DNA of 64,000 nucleotides from Perkinsus olseni (Eukaryota): NCBI GenBank assembly GCA_013115125.1, contig JABANN010000006.1, positions 1 to 64,000 of the forward strand, read 5' to 3'. Shown piece by piece: positions 13,342 to 25,310 of this stretch (position 1 is its first letter; each line of letters starts with the position of its first letter). The notes under the pieces were generated by a model. It saw only the letters and a program-made list of their open reading frames with translations, ran no database searches and was not told where the DNA came from. The position numbers and the translations under genes were made by a program.

Positions 13342-16300
13342 TCACAGCTTCAGTCCAGAGGCCGACCCGTAGTGTCGAGGTGTCGTATACGGTCCTGAGC
13401 ACCCGACCTTGAAATACTTAATAGACCAGTTGATCACATACGTACCATCAAGTTTTCCATATCCTCAGCGAATTGCAGCAGCCTTCGCTCCCCCTCATCA
13501 TCGCTCGGTATCTTACGGAAGCTCATCACATGACCTGGATATCACCATGCGCGACAGCTGTGGTTTTGACGACTTGACCTCGCTTCCGATAATGCTCGAC
13601 CTCCGCACGAAGCTCAAACAGCTCCACGAGGGCTCGGTGATGCTCTTTTTCTAGCAAATCATATCTATCGTACCGCAGAGTATGTGCTCGCATCATTCTC
13701 ATGTATCGGTACGCTGCACTGAGATCGCGATGGCTCAACGAAGAGCAATTTTCGTGCGTGTTCGCAGAGGTGCCATCCTTGGGTGGAATATACGCCGGTT
13801 GTAGCTTGGCGCCCTGACAATGAGAGGATGAAAATCCAAACAAACTAGAAAGTAGCTATACCTTCATGTCCGCCTGCTCCTCCGCGTTCAAGCACCGCCC
13901 ACCGACGTAGAACAGCGCGCTGCTTGGTCCAGATCCCCACTCTGAGTCCTCACCAGGGACCTGCCGCCGCCACAAGGAGAACTCCACCCGAGATTTCCGC
14001 CAGTTGGTCTCATCAAGACTTCCACAAGATTCAGGCAGTTGACAAAGGGCACAATTGACGTTGACACCTTGCTCATCATGAGGGGAGTCGAGCATGGGGT
14101 GAGTGGGAAAATGCCTGAGTCGTCAGAGTAGCCAAGCTTCCCTAGCTGGGTCCTAACCTGAGAGCTAGCTTTACAATTCATGTGGGCTCGCGTGAAAGCC
14201 ACCTCTTGCGTAACGATGAATGAACGCTCCGGGCTCTTTTGAGCCACGGCAACCGCTTCATCCACAGTGGCCCCTGTGAGGATATACCTGCCATGCAGCC
14301 CTTGCCCGTTCGAATACGGGATTGTCGATCACCTAGGAGTGCCAGCGGCCATCACGACAAGCCCAAGTGCTGGTCCACAGTGCATGGTCAGAGATATACC
14401 GAGGGAGTCCTTGTAAGCTGTGTTGGCTTCGTGCAATACAGTCTGCCCAAATCTGATAGGTGTCGATGACGAAATCAGTTAGGAGGATGCCTACCTGACC
14501 ATCTTCTCAATGTGATCAAACGCTCGCCGGGATCCACTGGATAGAAACCTGTCGGTCGAGTCGTCAATGCCACCAGCCACGAGGAAAACCAGCCTTGCAA
14601 CGAGTGGTATCGTATAAAGCTGGTGCTCCCTAACCTGGATGCCGAACTGTGCCGAGACTCTGGGCGCGACTATCTTGCCGACCTCTTGCTGGATGAAGCT
14701 GTAAAGATCGTTGACCGAGCTAGCCATCTCTGATGCTTGCTTCTCAGAGCGAGGAGATATCTTGCTCGTGACGGAGATCAGCATGATCTGAGTGGGGACT
14801 GCGCCAGGGTTCCACCGAGTTCGCATGTTACTGATGGGGATCGCGCGGGTGGAGGATTAACCCGCAGTTTGAGTTTGGAGTAGTCTCGCGGCTAGTCTTT
14901 TATGAACAGCATTTACCCCACTACTGATCTGATCCTCTATAACGTGCAGTAGACTCACCATGTAGACTCGCAATTGCACGGGTACACGCAAGATGGCATC
15001 ACGCGGAGCATCACGAAGACGATTTCCCCACTCCCACAGTGGACGAGAGCTACCGAGAACCTTACCGAAACCATTTGATGTGATTGAGAAACGTGTTCCT
15101 CTCGGCCTTCTAGACGATCGCAAACAGATTTAGGCAAAGATCTGCGCATGAACTCGATCGTGGTTTGCACCTACAACCGTGCTGCTCATAGAGAGACCCT
15201 GCGACTATCGTTACCTCCGCAGCTGAGGCTGACAGTTGGTGCAGGGCGAACATGCATTCTAGACGAGAGAGCAGTTGGAACTTGTCGAATGGCTTGTATA
15301 AGAAATCATTAGCCCTGAGATATCCATTCTCTCTGTAGTTCACTCTTGGGGCTCACCGCGCGTCAACGGCGGCCCGGAGAATCTCACTGCTCTTCCTCGT
15401 AGACATGCACAATATGAGCAGCTTGTGCGAGAACTGCTCACGGAGTTTCTTGATGTATCTGCGGTTACTTGGACTCAGGGTGACACCCCCCCCCGAGTTA
15501 CTCGCAGCCTGCCCTGTTGCCGCGTACATCGGTGTCCACTATGACTAGATCCGGGACCTAGAAGGGACACATTATGGCCCCCCTAGGATTTCACATGGCT
15601 ACGAAGCCGTGGGTCTCCAGCCATTGATCGGCCGCGTCTGTTGTTGAGGCTTGATGAAAGAACCTAATGGAGATTCCTGACAAAGCGCATGCTCGCCGTA
15701 AGTTCACCATTTGTCATCGGCTAGCTCAGGCAGATTCTCGAGGATTGCCAGGGTCATTGGATCCTCGTCAACCAGCAAGATATGCCTAGCAGTTTCAGGG
15801 CGATATAGAGCGGAGGGCTCCTGTCTTGTGGGAGATGGTGAGGTCTGAGATGAGTGCCACTGATTCCGCTCACGCATACTCTGGGCGATCGCGGGTGAAG
15901 CTCGGTTCGACTCAGTTTTTGCCACACTTTGCTGTGATTTGGTACGGCCGTCGAGACGAGAAGGAACTTCTCGACCGAGAGGTCTAGCTAAAGCAGAATC
16001 CAGTTTTACTTTAAGGGTCCACTGTGCATCTTCTAGCGCTCTCTTCGCTTGAATCGATGCGGCTGCATCAGCATCCCGTCTACAAGTAGGCAGAGTGATG
16101 GTTACGCTAGTGCCTCGTCCTCGTCCTAGAACAACTGTGCAGCAATGATCTTCCGATATCCGCGTTTCACCGGCGCTTTCTATGTGGAACTTCCCGCCGT
16201 GCGCTTTGATAGTTCGTTCGACCAGAGCCAGACCCAGTCCTGACGGAAGACCTCAAGCTCGCGACGGGAAGGCAGACCGACCTAAGCCTTCGAATTGCCT

Positions 16301-18135
16301 CAGCGCGTGGTCCTCCTCGCCTTGCTCGAAAGGATGCACGATGCGAGTTAGGTGCTCTTCGTCTATACCACACCCCGTGTCGGATACCTCGAAGAACACT
16401 ATGAACATGGAAAGCTTTTTGATAATGTCGAGCTACCCTGAAAGCCGCGAAACGATCAGGGAACTCGGGGTCGATCATGTCGTGGACGGGGTCATGAGGG
16501 TTGTCCAAGTCCGGGACGTGTACCTGTACTAACTTCAAACGTCACGGCGACGCCACATTCTTTACCCGAATGCTCCCTTTCTCTGTGAACTTGCAGGCAT
16601 TTCCAAGTAAATGTCCCATCACCAACTTGAACTTCTCGATGTCAACCCAAACCACAGGGGGATAATCGAGGTTTGTCGGGCAGTCCAGGATCAATGTAAC
16701 ACCTTGCACGCAAGAGTAACACGAGGACCCTATGCGTTCCTCAGATGCCTTCTTTCAGTAAAGGTCGACCGTTCTTATCGCTGGCTCTCTTCTGAGCGTG
16801 GACAGCTTCCTCGAGGGCATTGTAGAGATCCACAGGCCGCGTTCTAGCAAGTGGGGCGCTGATCTCAAGGGTTGGTGATCAGCCAGATTAGGCCGTACTT
16901 CAGACGCAAATCTTGTGAGAGCAGCTTGGACATTTCGGTGACGTCCTTAAAAACCTCCAGGAGCCTCTTCGCTGAGCCTGCTAGACTTCCCTTTGCCCGT
17001 GAAGATACGAAAGCTTCGTCTCGCCTTTGATGAGCTGCAAGTGTCTTTTACGCCCTTGATTCGCTTCACTCTCTACCAAGGCATCAGCCAAGCCTGCAAC
17101 GGCAAGGTCTAGTCCGGTCATCTTGAGCTGTCTGTGTTCACCTATAATGCCGTTAATTGGCGTCCTGACCTCGTGAGATATGTTTGCCAGCAGAGTCTCT
17201 TTCCTCAGTTCATTCTGCTTCCGCTCGGACATGTCTTTAAGAACGAAAATCAGAAAGATTGGCTCGGGATAGTTGTCCTGATCTGTGAGCGGGTATCGTT
17301 CCTCTCCGTCCTGAGGGGATTTACTCAACGTACCATCGGGTTCCTGTTCATCCATTTTTATTTCAAGCGTCCGCGTCCAGGAAAATGATCTCTTCTCGGC
17401 AAGCTCTGAGTGCGAGTGTCTGGGCGGGCGTATTATTTGTGATAACGCAAAAAGGCGCCCCTGGACTTCGATCGGGAATGTGTGTCCTTGGCGGTGGATT
17501 CCGGAGGCCTGAAATCGACGACGGCTCCTCTGAGGCGTAAGACGTTCGTCGGCGCCAGGCCAAGCCATCGTCATGCAGTATCCTGTCACAGCTAGACAGA
17601 GGGTTGTGTTCGCTCAAGAGAATGCTCTAGCTTAGATAGGGGCGACGTCGAATGATTAAGCGACGATACCTCGCGAAAGTGAATGAAGTCCGGTGGCCAG
17701 AATCCGTTTTTCTGCTTGCAACGGACCATGCGTGCTATGAACCTCTGCAACTGCGGCATGTGCAGCTGTTGGCTCTCCGAGGCCATGAATATGGACATCC
17801 TGGCCGAGTTTAACCTGAAGAGTCGATGCCCGCCATAAGGCCCGATGGAGTACATACTGGCTGTGGTCGTATCCGAATAGCTGCACTGTGGCCTGGTTCG
17901 CTGCTACAATCTCGCCGGCTAGATTGGTGACGACCATAGCGTCCGACACGCACTCTGTGAGAGCTATAACCGTTAGAGCCGACCCCTGCTCCGGCGCAGC
18001 GACTTGGCTGAGGCGACGCAAGCTGAGAAGGTTATCATGCTGGGCGATCACGCCACTGAAGCGACAGGCTCACCCGAAGCGCTCAACCTCTGTCGGAGCC
18101 TCGGCAACGTCGCTCGAGTCGGGAGAATGGCTCAT
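13342..18135 (-). CDS. Hybrid sensor histidine kinase: PAS - HisKA - HATPase_c - receiver - degenerate class III nucleotide cyclase - coiled-coil-like tail
   Basis: PAS: VSDAMVVTNLAGEIVAANQATVQLFGY...GHTFPIEV. H box: LLANISHEVRTPINGIIG. N box: HLLGNACKFTEKG. G1/F: EVSDTGCGIDEEHLTRIVHPFEQ. G2: SGLGLALVERTIKAHGG. Receiver: ILLVDED...PDLVIVD...ANDFLYKPF. Cyclase-like: LPKSVCDRL...MHCGPALGLVV...PRYILTGATVDEA. The 3' end is approximate. Confidence 0.88.
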
Positions 18136-18217
18136 CTTACTTCAACCACGGGAACGCACTTGCGAAATAGCTGTTGCGAGTATGTGCCCCTCAGCGGAGA
18201 CCCAACAGGATTTCCGA

Positions 18218-18257
18218 GAGCTGACTGCAGTGAGCTGACTGCAGTGTGCTGACTGTG
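18218..18257. repeat. 14-bp tandem repeat (gagctgactgcagt x ~2.8) upstream of the histidine kinase start
   Basis: gagctgactgcagt gagctgactgcagt gtgctgactgtg. Confidence 0.85.
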
Positions 18258-18316
18258 AAACTCATGTGAGCTGGGAGGTGAACGACTCATTAGGATACAT
18301 GATAAATCGACTATCT

Positions 18317-20051
18317 CTAGCTTGGACTATCACGCATCATCAGTTTATCACCTAGACTGCCAGATATCTGAGATCGTGACGAAGAGCTCGCAACGAACAC
18401 TGTAACCGCTACGGTGTAGCCGTCGAACAGAGGCCTCGAGTAGCGCGGGAAAGAGCGTTGAGATAGGGCGAGGAATGGTACGTTCATGGCCGGCAGGATG
18501 AGTTTCATGTTGCGCTTGGCCACCGACATAAACTGTTCGTAGGATATCTTCACTCCAGCGGGATCGTTCTTATTCAGCCCTGAAGGGATATTGGAAGCGT
18601 GGTGACTGCTCGGTCTCCTACCCATCGAGTCCAAGATTGTGTCGGCTTTGTCTCCGATCTCGCCATCGCCAGCGCCCGGAAAGTTTGCTCTAAGATCAAG
18701 GACCCAGTGCCGAACAGCGTTCTCGCCTCGTTGATACTTGAGGATATTCTTGAGCTCATGAAGTTCGATGAAACCCGACTGGTCTTCGTCAAACATGAGG
18801 AAGGCGAACTGTAGCTTGCTCATCTGGTTGCTTCCCGTGTAGTTGGACAGGCCCACCTTCGCAGCGGATCACCAAGCGAGCTTAGAGCCATGCTTCGGGA
18901 GGGATTCAGATGCTCACAATGAATTCCTTGAGTTCAAGGGAACCACTGCCGTCAGCATCAAATACATCAAACATGCGTTTCATGAGGAAAGAATCTTTCT
19001 GCTCCATCACTGCGAGGAACCTACGAGGAAGGTCCATTTGTCGTGCAGGCGATTGCGGTGGATGGACTCCAGGTATTCTATTCTGCCTGAGCCATCCTGG
19101 TCCACCGCCTGAAACTTCTTGTAGATTTTCTTAATGTAAGCCGGTGTGAGCTTGCTGCCGCCCGTGAAGCTCTCCATTATCCTACAGCACACGGGACACT
19201 GCAACAGGGCAGTAAAAAGGCCCACTTGTTCATGTGTCCAAAACCTTCAGTTCCCGTTGTAGTAGCGGTGTTGCTACCACCTGAGGCTTATCAATGCCCA
19301 TTAGATCCGAGCAGGCTAAGCAACGTCGTCTATTCGCTTGCGCGTTAAGGAACCGCTTGCTTCCTGCGGATGAGACTCACTGGTGTGGGTGGGGTCCCTA
19401 GCGGTTTCCTGCGGATCTGGTTCCGCTCCCTTCCTTGCGAAGTCGATGTCGTGAGGGTCTTGGGTGAAAAGTTCTCGAAAGGCTGGGAACGAGGCCTGAA
19501 GTTACTGTGGCAGAACACTGAGTTGCATCTACGGGCATTCGGCGTCGAAGCCTGCCCACTTGGCCATCTCCATCAGGATCGCACATCGCTATCATCTCGT
19601 CGATCTCAGCGTCACTCGCCCTCTCACCGATAAGTGAAAGGACGTGTCGAAGCTCGCTCGCTCCCACCTACGTCCACATCTAGCCACTTCCTCGCGCATT
19701 GAAGCGTCCATGCTACATAGCCGTTCCTGTCTAGGTCGAACGAGTCGAACGCAGCTCTGATGTCGGCTTCTGAGTACACCTTATGCTCCGGGGCCACCTG
19801 AGGGGCTTCTCACTGGTGCAATATCCAACAGTACTGCACATGCAGTGGATAAGTGGATCGCCTAATAAATCTTCATTGTCAGTGCGAGAACTCGAAGGCT
19901 CAAGCATCAGGGGAGATCGATCGAGATCAGAGTTCTGGCTCGTCACCCTGGCCGCAGGTCTCTCTGGCTTGTCTACAATCGCTGTGATCGCTCCTGGTAA
20001 GGTCACCTCACCGTCAACGGGCAGCTCTTTTGCTGTATCGAGGCCGGCCAT
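18317..20051 (-). CDS. Multi-EF-hand calcium-binding protein (calmodulin-like lobe plus calcineurin-B-like part)
   Basis: EF loops [42 protein letters not shown] and [12 protein letters not shown], plus [10 protein letters not shown] and [22 protein letters not shown]. Start codon uncertain. Confidence 0.88.
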
Positions 20052-20260
20052 TCCAACAGAGAGGTCCGAGCCGTCAGGGTCGTAGTTACACCACTGCCGT
20101 GTACAAGGTTGATCCGCCCCCCTATCCTTAGCAGCCGCATCGGGATACAATTACTGCAGACGCAACAAGGAGCAGTCGGTGACAACGATGGTAAATCTGT
20201 GGAGCATGATAAAGCCGAGTTATCAACAACTTGCGATATCGCCGGCCAATGCGCAGTCCG

Positions 20261-22243
20261 CTAACCGCTCTGATTTTGCCCTCTCCCAAGGGACGGGACA
20301 CTCAAGCCTGATGTCAGGGACCCAAGCCATCTTCTGCTCCAGTTCCTCCCGCTGCTAGACAAACTCCGGGCGGGCTCAGTTCGAGCACCTGAGCCCTTTT
20401 GAGCTCCGTTGAAGGACTTCTTCGGTGCATTAACGTCCTCAGCATCATCGACCTCATCATCCGAGATCTCCCAGTCGTCATCGGGCTCATCACCTTCTTC
20501 ATGGCGTTCGCGACTAGAGAGACCTCTCGGTCGTGGCAGTTCGCCCCGATCCTCTTTGTCGGCATAGCTGGACACGCTATGATGCCGTCTACGATTTGAT
20601 ACATACTCCTCGCCCGAGGTCTCGCTCTCCTCTGCTCTGTTCTGTATGATCATCTGCCCCACGTCGTGAACTAAATCGTGGAATGCCCCGGCTGCTGTGT
20701 ACTCCGTTTGCGTTGACCTACGAAACCACAGTACAGTATCCTTTCCAGTGTGCTTCCTTACGCATGTGCTGCTAGATGCTTGGTGGGCCCCTTGTACAAA
20801 TATGCTGATAACTTGGGCCACAGAACTCCGTCCTCGGGATCGTCCGCGGCGAGGTCAGTCTGGCTGCTCTTCGGGATGCCAACTGTAGCACGTCGGCCGC
20901 ACCTTACGGGAAATAAGCCGGTTGCATTCTCGAGCTCCTTCTCAGGAGACCAATTGCAGCCCTTACGCAGTGCAGAACCTCCTGCCTGGTTCGGAGGGTG
21001 CCGCTTCTCGGTGGATTTCAATACTTGAGTTACCTGAATTGTGTAAGACATCGCCGTACCTATGACGTCAACATTAACGTCACCTTCTTTCTCTGCAAGG
21101 AACTCACCGACACCCGCCGCTACTTCGTAGGCCAGGCCTTGCGCGAGAGCAGCGACGGAGCGCTCAGTTTGAACGCCCTTCGGATAACCCCTCGGGGAAG
21201 TTCTGAAATGAGCGTCATGATGAGACGTATCCTTCCCGATGACCCATGTACGATCTTTAACGCACACCTTCCGAGGTTGCAGTGCATTCGTGGCGTTTGT
21301 TCTCACAGGGAGATAGCAAGCTGTAAGAGATTCAGTCAGCAGCGTAATCGTAGTTATCGAGACTGGTGTTCTGATGATTCTCGAACGCGATGGTCTCACG
21401 GCGGTCTTCCGGAGCTAATAGAGTTCAGACGATGAGGCGTCTTACTGGGTCACCGCGGTAGCTGTTGTTGTTGCCGCGGATCTCTTTCCGTCACGGTCTT
21501 CCCTACAGAGCTTGTCACGTCTGCACAGGACAACATTCAGTAGAAGGAATGATCAGTGGAATGGAGTACCCTACTGCGCATCGGGGCATTCTGGATTGAA
21601 CTCCGCAAAAGAGGCACCGGCTTCGACCTTCCCTGACTTGTCTGAAGTCACAATGAGTCCTCATAGTCGTGCGACGAGAAACAGACTTAGAATGGGAGGA
21701 CTTTCGACTCATCGCACGGTAGAAATTACCGTGAGAAGATTCCGGTGGCGATTGCTCCGACGTTTCTTGCTTCTCGGACGTGCCTCTCAGCTGGCTAAGC
21801 TGTGTCACCACTGAATCGTGCTTGGTCGTCATCAACTTCAACCTGCAGGTGCCGTTCGTACGAATCGCGGACAGGCAGAAGAGAGAGCTTCACTTGTTCT
21901 GTAGTTCAATGATTGCTTGGCGATAGTGGCTGATGCAGCTCCTGGCGACATCTCTCTTCAGAAGCTCCTGGTTCAGTCGACTACGGGAGAAGGATGACCA
22001 AAAGGCAAAACAAGCAGCCCACCTTTCGAGGTCTTGACAACGTTTACAAGGGGATTGGTTCACATGAATGCCGGTGACTTCCTCCAGCTTGACACTCCCT
22101 GCCGAGTCGACCGAGACGGACATTAGACTGTACTCGACATCGCTAAGGGGCGTCCAAGCTCATGGCAAGTGCCTACTTATGCAGTCGGAGAGTATTCTCA
22201 TACTCTACGACTCTTACAAGCTTCCAAACGTGTACTCGGGCAT
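20261..22243 (-). CDS. Hypothetical spliced protein with a coiled-coil N-terminal part and an acidic low-complexity C-terminus
   Basis: Long minus-strand ORFs (20261-20821, 20758-21399, 21890-22123) separated by GT-AG-bounded gaps. No recognised domain. Confidence 0.5.
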
Positions 22244-22614
22244 GTGCTACAGCGTATTCTTCCAACTATCTTCCTCTAATTCGAGTATGGTTCCGAGCCA
22301 CCAAGATATTGCCCAATGGACAGCCGAGGTTGTAAGCTAATAGCTTTTTAAAGAGTGATAGGATGCTTTCGGTTTGGACCCCCCTACACGGGTCGGGTCT
22401 CAGGCGTAGTCGCAGAGTAGACGTGGTATGTTTTCCCGGGCGAGCGCGTAGGATCTTGCGCTGTAGTAGTAGTAGTATACCCTGCGTGCCAGTGAACGCA
22501 AGTTCTCTTCGGGAACACGGATAGTGTCGAGGGCTTTCCTCTAGCCGGAAGTAGGTAGTTTCATTCTTTACATACATTCCCTTCAATCGTCCTCATCGAC
22601 CTTGGCTCCAAGAG

Positions 22615-23156
22615 ATGCTTCAGTTCCCGCGAGTCGCTCTTGCCTTCCTTTGGGTGGCCTTACCAATGATAAGTATTGCGGCCTCGCTCACTGTAGGAGG
22701 GATATGCGAAGGTAATTCTATTCAGCCGTGGGAATCTTATGTCGATCCTTGCTCTTCTCAGTCTCCTCGTGCAGCCCTGCAGGGTTGTTTGTCGGAGTAA
22801 TCCTCGGCTGGTGCGGACTAGCATCGATCCTGTCCTTGGGGCCCTTCGTTGTACTCTATAAGCGGCAGACAATTCTTCGGGATGACCCGGAGATACTCCT
22901 GGACGGAGCCGATCCTTACAAAGTTGTTGTCAAGTATTTTGACACGTTATCTAGCGCCGAAGTTAACACTTCGGAAACATGCGCGATTTGTCTTGAGAAT
23001 TTGGATTCGACCGTGGCAGTGAGTCGGTCCAAAAGATGCGGCCATTGCTACCATCAAGGGTGCATAGCGGATATGATTCTCTACTGTGCGCGTAAATCCC
23101 CTTGCGGGATTGTCGACGGTACTACGTGTCCCCTTTGTCGCCGTCGTATGATTTAA
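22615..23156 (+). CDS. Membrane-anchored RING-H2 zinc finger protein (E3 ligase-like); may start further upstream
   Basis: Hydrophobic segments followed by CAIC...CGHCYHQGC...CPLC (C3H2C3 pattern). Confidence 0.85.
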
Positions 23157-23616
23157 TAAACTCACCACCGGTTGTCTGTACCGTAGTAGTTGTTGCTATA
23201 CTGTTGGGAGAGCTCTATGCTCCTGCGGTGGTCGTCAGGATCGTCTGAAGGGTCGATCGTTGTATATGGATTTGTCTGCGCTACCACCAGTACCATTGAT
23301 CTGCGAACGTCAAGTGCACTCGTTGCTGCTCCTAGCAGCAGCAGTACCATTGTATGCTCCCAACTTTATATCAGGTTAGGGCGTATCTTGCTTGTGGAGG
23401 TTGACCTTGGTTTGTGTGCGGAAGTATGATTTGTTGCTGTTGGTAAAGTTTTTATACTATCGTAACTTGCAACATATCTTCGCGTATGTTCGTAGTAGTC
23501 TGCAGCATATCTCCTTCTCTTCTCCCAACTTTCCGTTATCCATCGCCATCCTCTCCTGTATTTGCGTTCTCAACCTGGCGGGGGTGGAGCTCCTCTCAGC
23601 CCATGGGTTATGGCCA

Positions 23617-25060
23617 TGAGCGGGCTGGTCCGTGTCGCCTGTTTCATAACTAACACGGAGTATGGTCCGGACACCTCTCTCAGAAGGCTGCCAAGGAGTA
23701 AGATTGCGGGAGACGAAGCCCTCACGAGATGCAAGAGGCTAGGATACGATGTAATACGCTAGGCGAGTCGATGCTGTAGTACTGACGCCAAGGTAGTGCG
23801 CTAGAAATCGCTATCCGATTTCTACTGATGTCCTGAGAATGCGCAAGGTGATATCCCATCGTCATGCGCTATCTTCGACTTGAGATCTGCCGGGCCTTGC
23901 TGACTTGGAGATTGTGGACTCGTTCGTGGACGACTTTTTGTTGCACGAGAAAGGCCTGTTATAGGTCACCTCAGGTCTGTATGCACTTGGTTGACGCTTG
24001 CCATACTGTCATAATGCGAGAGTTGGGAGGGTTGCTGAGGGAGCTACAGCGCCTAGTTGATGAAGAGGATTACTCGGGGATGCAGCTGTTGGTGGCCTAT
24101 TGCGGTCACGGAGCTGAGGACGGTCTTGTTGTAATACTAGGGTACAGTGACGTGGCAAGAACGCAGACACAGTATTCGGCTAGCAATGCTAGTTAGAGAA
24201 CCTCAGTTGGCTTATTCTCCCGCTTGTGAAGAGTGGTGCTGCTTCTCATTTAATACGTGGGGGCCGCATGGCGTGGCTAATCCCCTCCACCCTAGCGGGA
24301 GCTAGGCCCAAGGACGATTCATAGTAGCAGGACTTATGATAGCTAGGAGCTGAAGGCAATTCATCAAAGTGGCACGGAATGCCACGGTAAAGCCAGTAGC
24401 GTTGTTACATTGGAGCAGCGTGTGTGGGGCTATACCTGCTGTATCAAGCACAAGGCGATAACTGCTTTTATGTTGATGACTTTCGCGAGATACTCTGCGC
24501 GTATTCGAGTCTCGTCCATGAGTGAATTTGTGCATGATCTGCTTTCTCAGATGCGCTGTGTCGACGGAAGCTGTGTAAACCTGTCTACGGCCTTCCTAGC
24601 GCCTCTCCAACGTGTCTTGGTCGGCTGCAACGTCAGCGTTCTGGTGCTGTGCGACTGCTGTCGTCCATACAGTCACGAGGCGAGGATGGAGGCCAGGATG
24701 GGCAAGCTGAAACGAGCGAGAAGTATGCGACTTTTGCCGGGTCTTCGAGAGGATTCCCGAGAGCGAGACTCCCTGAAGGTCGAGCAGGGGATTCTGCGGC
24801 GAGCGAGAATACTCGATAGATACGATCCTGGACGACCCGCAGTGGTTTTCGTTTTTGGGAACATGCCAGGTCGTCGGTGTTGGGACGCCATTCTGCTTCG
24901 AGCCTTCGCTCAGCTGCCGATTGATCGGCCCCTGCGGAGGCTATTGAGGGGCTGGGCGACGGAAGTAGCCAGGCTGTCGGTCTACCATCAGAAGCTCAGC
25001 ATGGTGGCAGGTGATCCAGGCCAGTGTGATGACGTAGCAGTTCTCGATTTGATCTGGTGA
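23617..25060 (+). CDS. Caspase-fold cysteine protease (peptidase C14, clan CD)
   Basis: RVACFITNTEY...LRRLP...CKRLGYD, LLVAYCGHG (catalytic His), and after a probable intron at 24131-24550 MRCVDG...VLVLCDCCR (catalytic Cys), then VFVFGNMPG. Confidence 0.75.
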
Positions 25061-25310
25061 GGAGTCTTTGTGGACTATCGTCTGTGACGACGACGCTAGA
25101 TAGAGAAGGTGGGTGCTTCAATGGGAATATGCGTTCCTGTGGCACTTAACGGTGGCTGAGAGCCCCCGTACCTTTGCCCTGCACCCTTGTCTATGGTTGC
25201 AACTGAAGCATGACTTTACTCTTGGTGTTTTGATGTTATTATTCACTGAAGCTGTTGTTTCGTTGGAGTTCCTTACAGAGGGGGTTTCTCTAGTTTACCC
25301 CAAGTTTTTG

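Noticed and set aside
22600-22612. cttggctccaag, resembling the 3' end of the perkinsid spliced leader, just before the RING gene ATG
   Set aside because: The match is short and gapped, and the stretch reads in frame (RPWLQEM) with the RING ORF, so it is probably coding or chance.
23162-23350. 62-aa minus-strand ORF with a hydrophobic start
   Set aside because: Too short, opposite to the local gene direction, and without supporting evidence.
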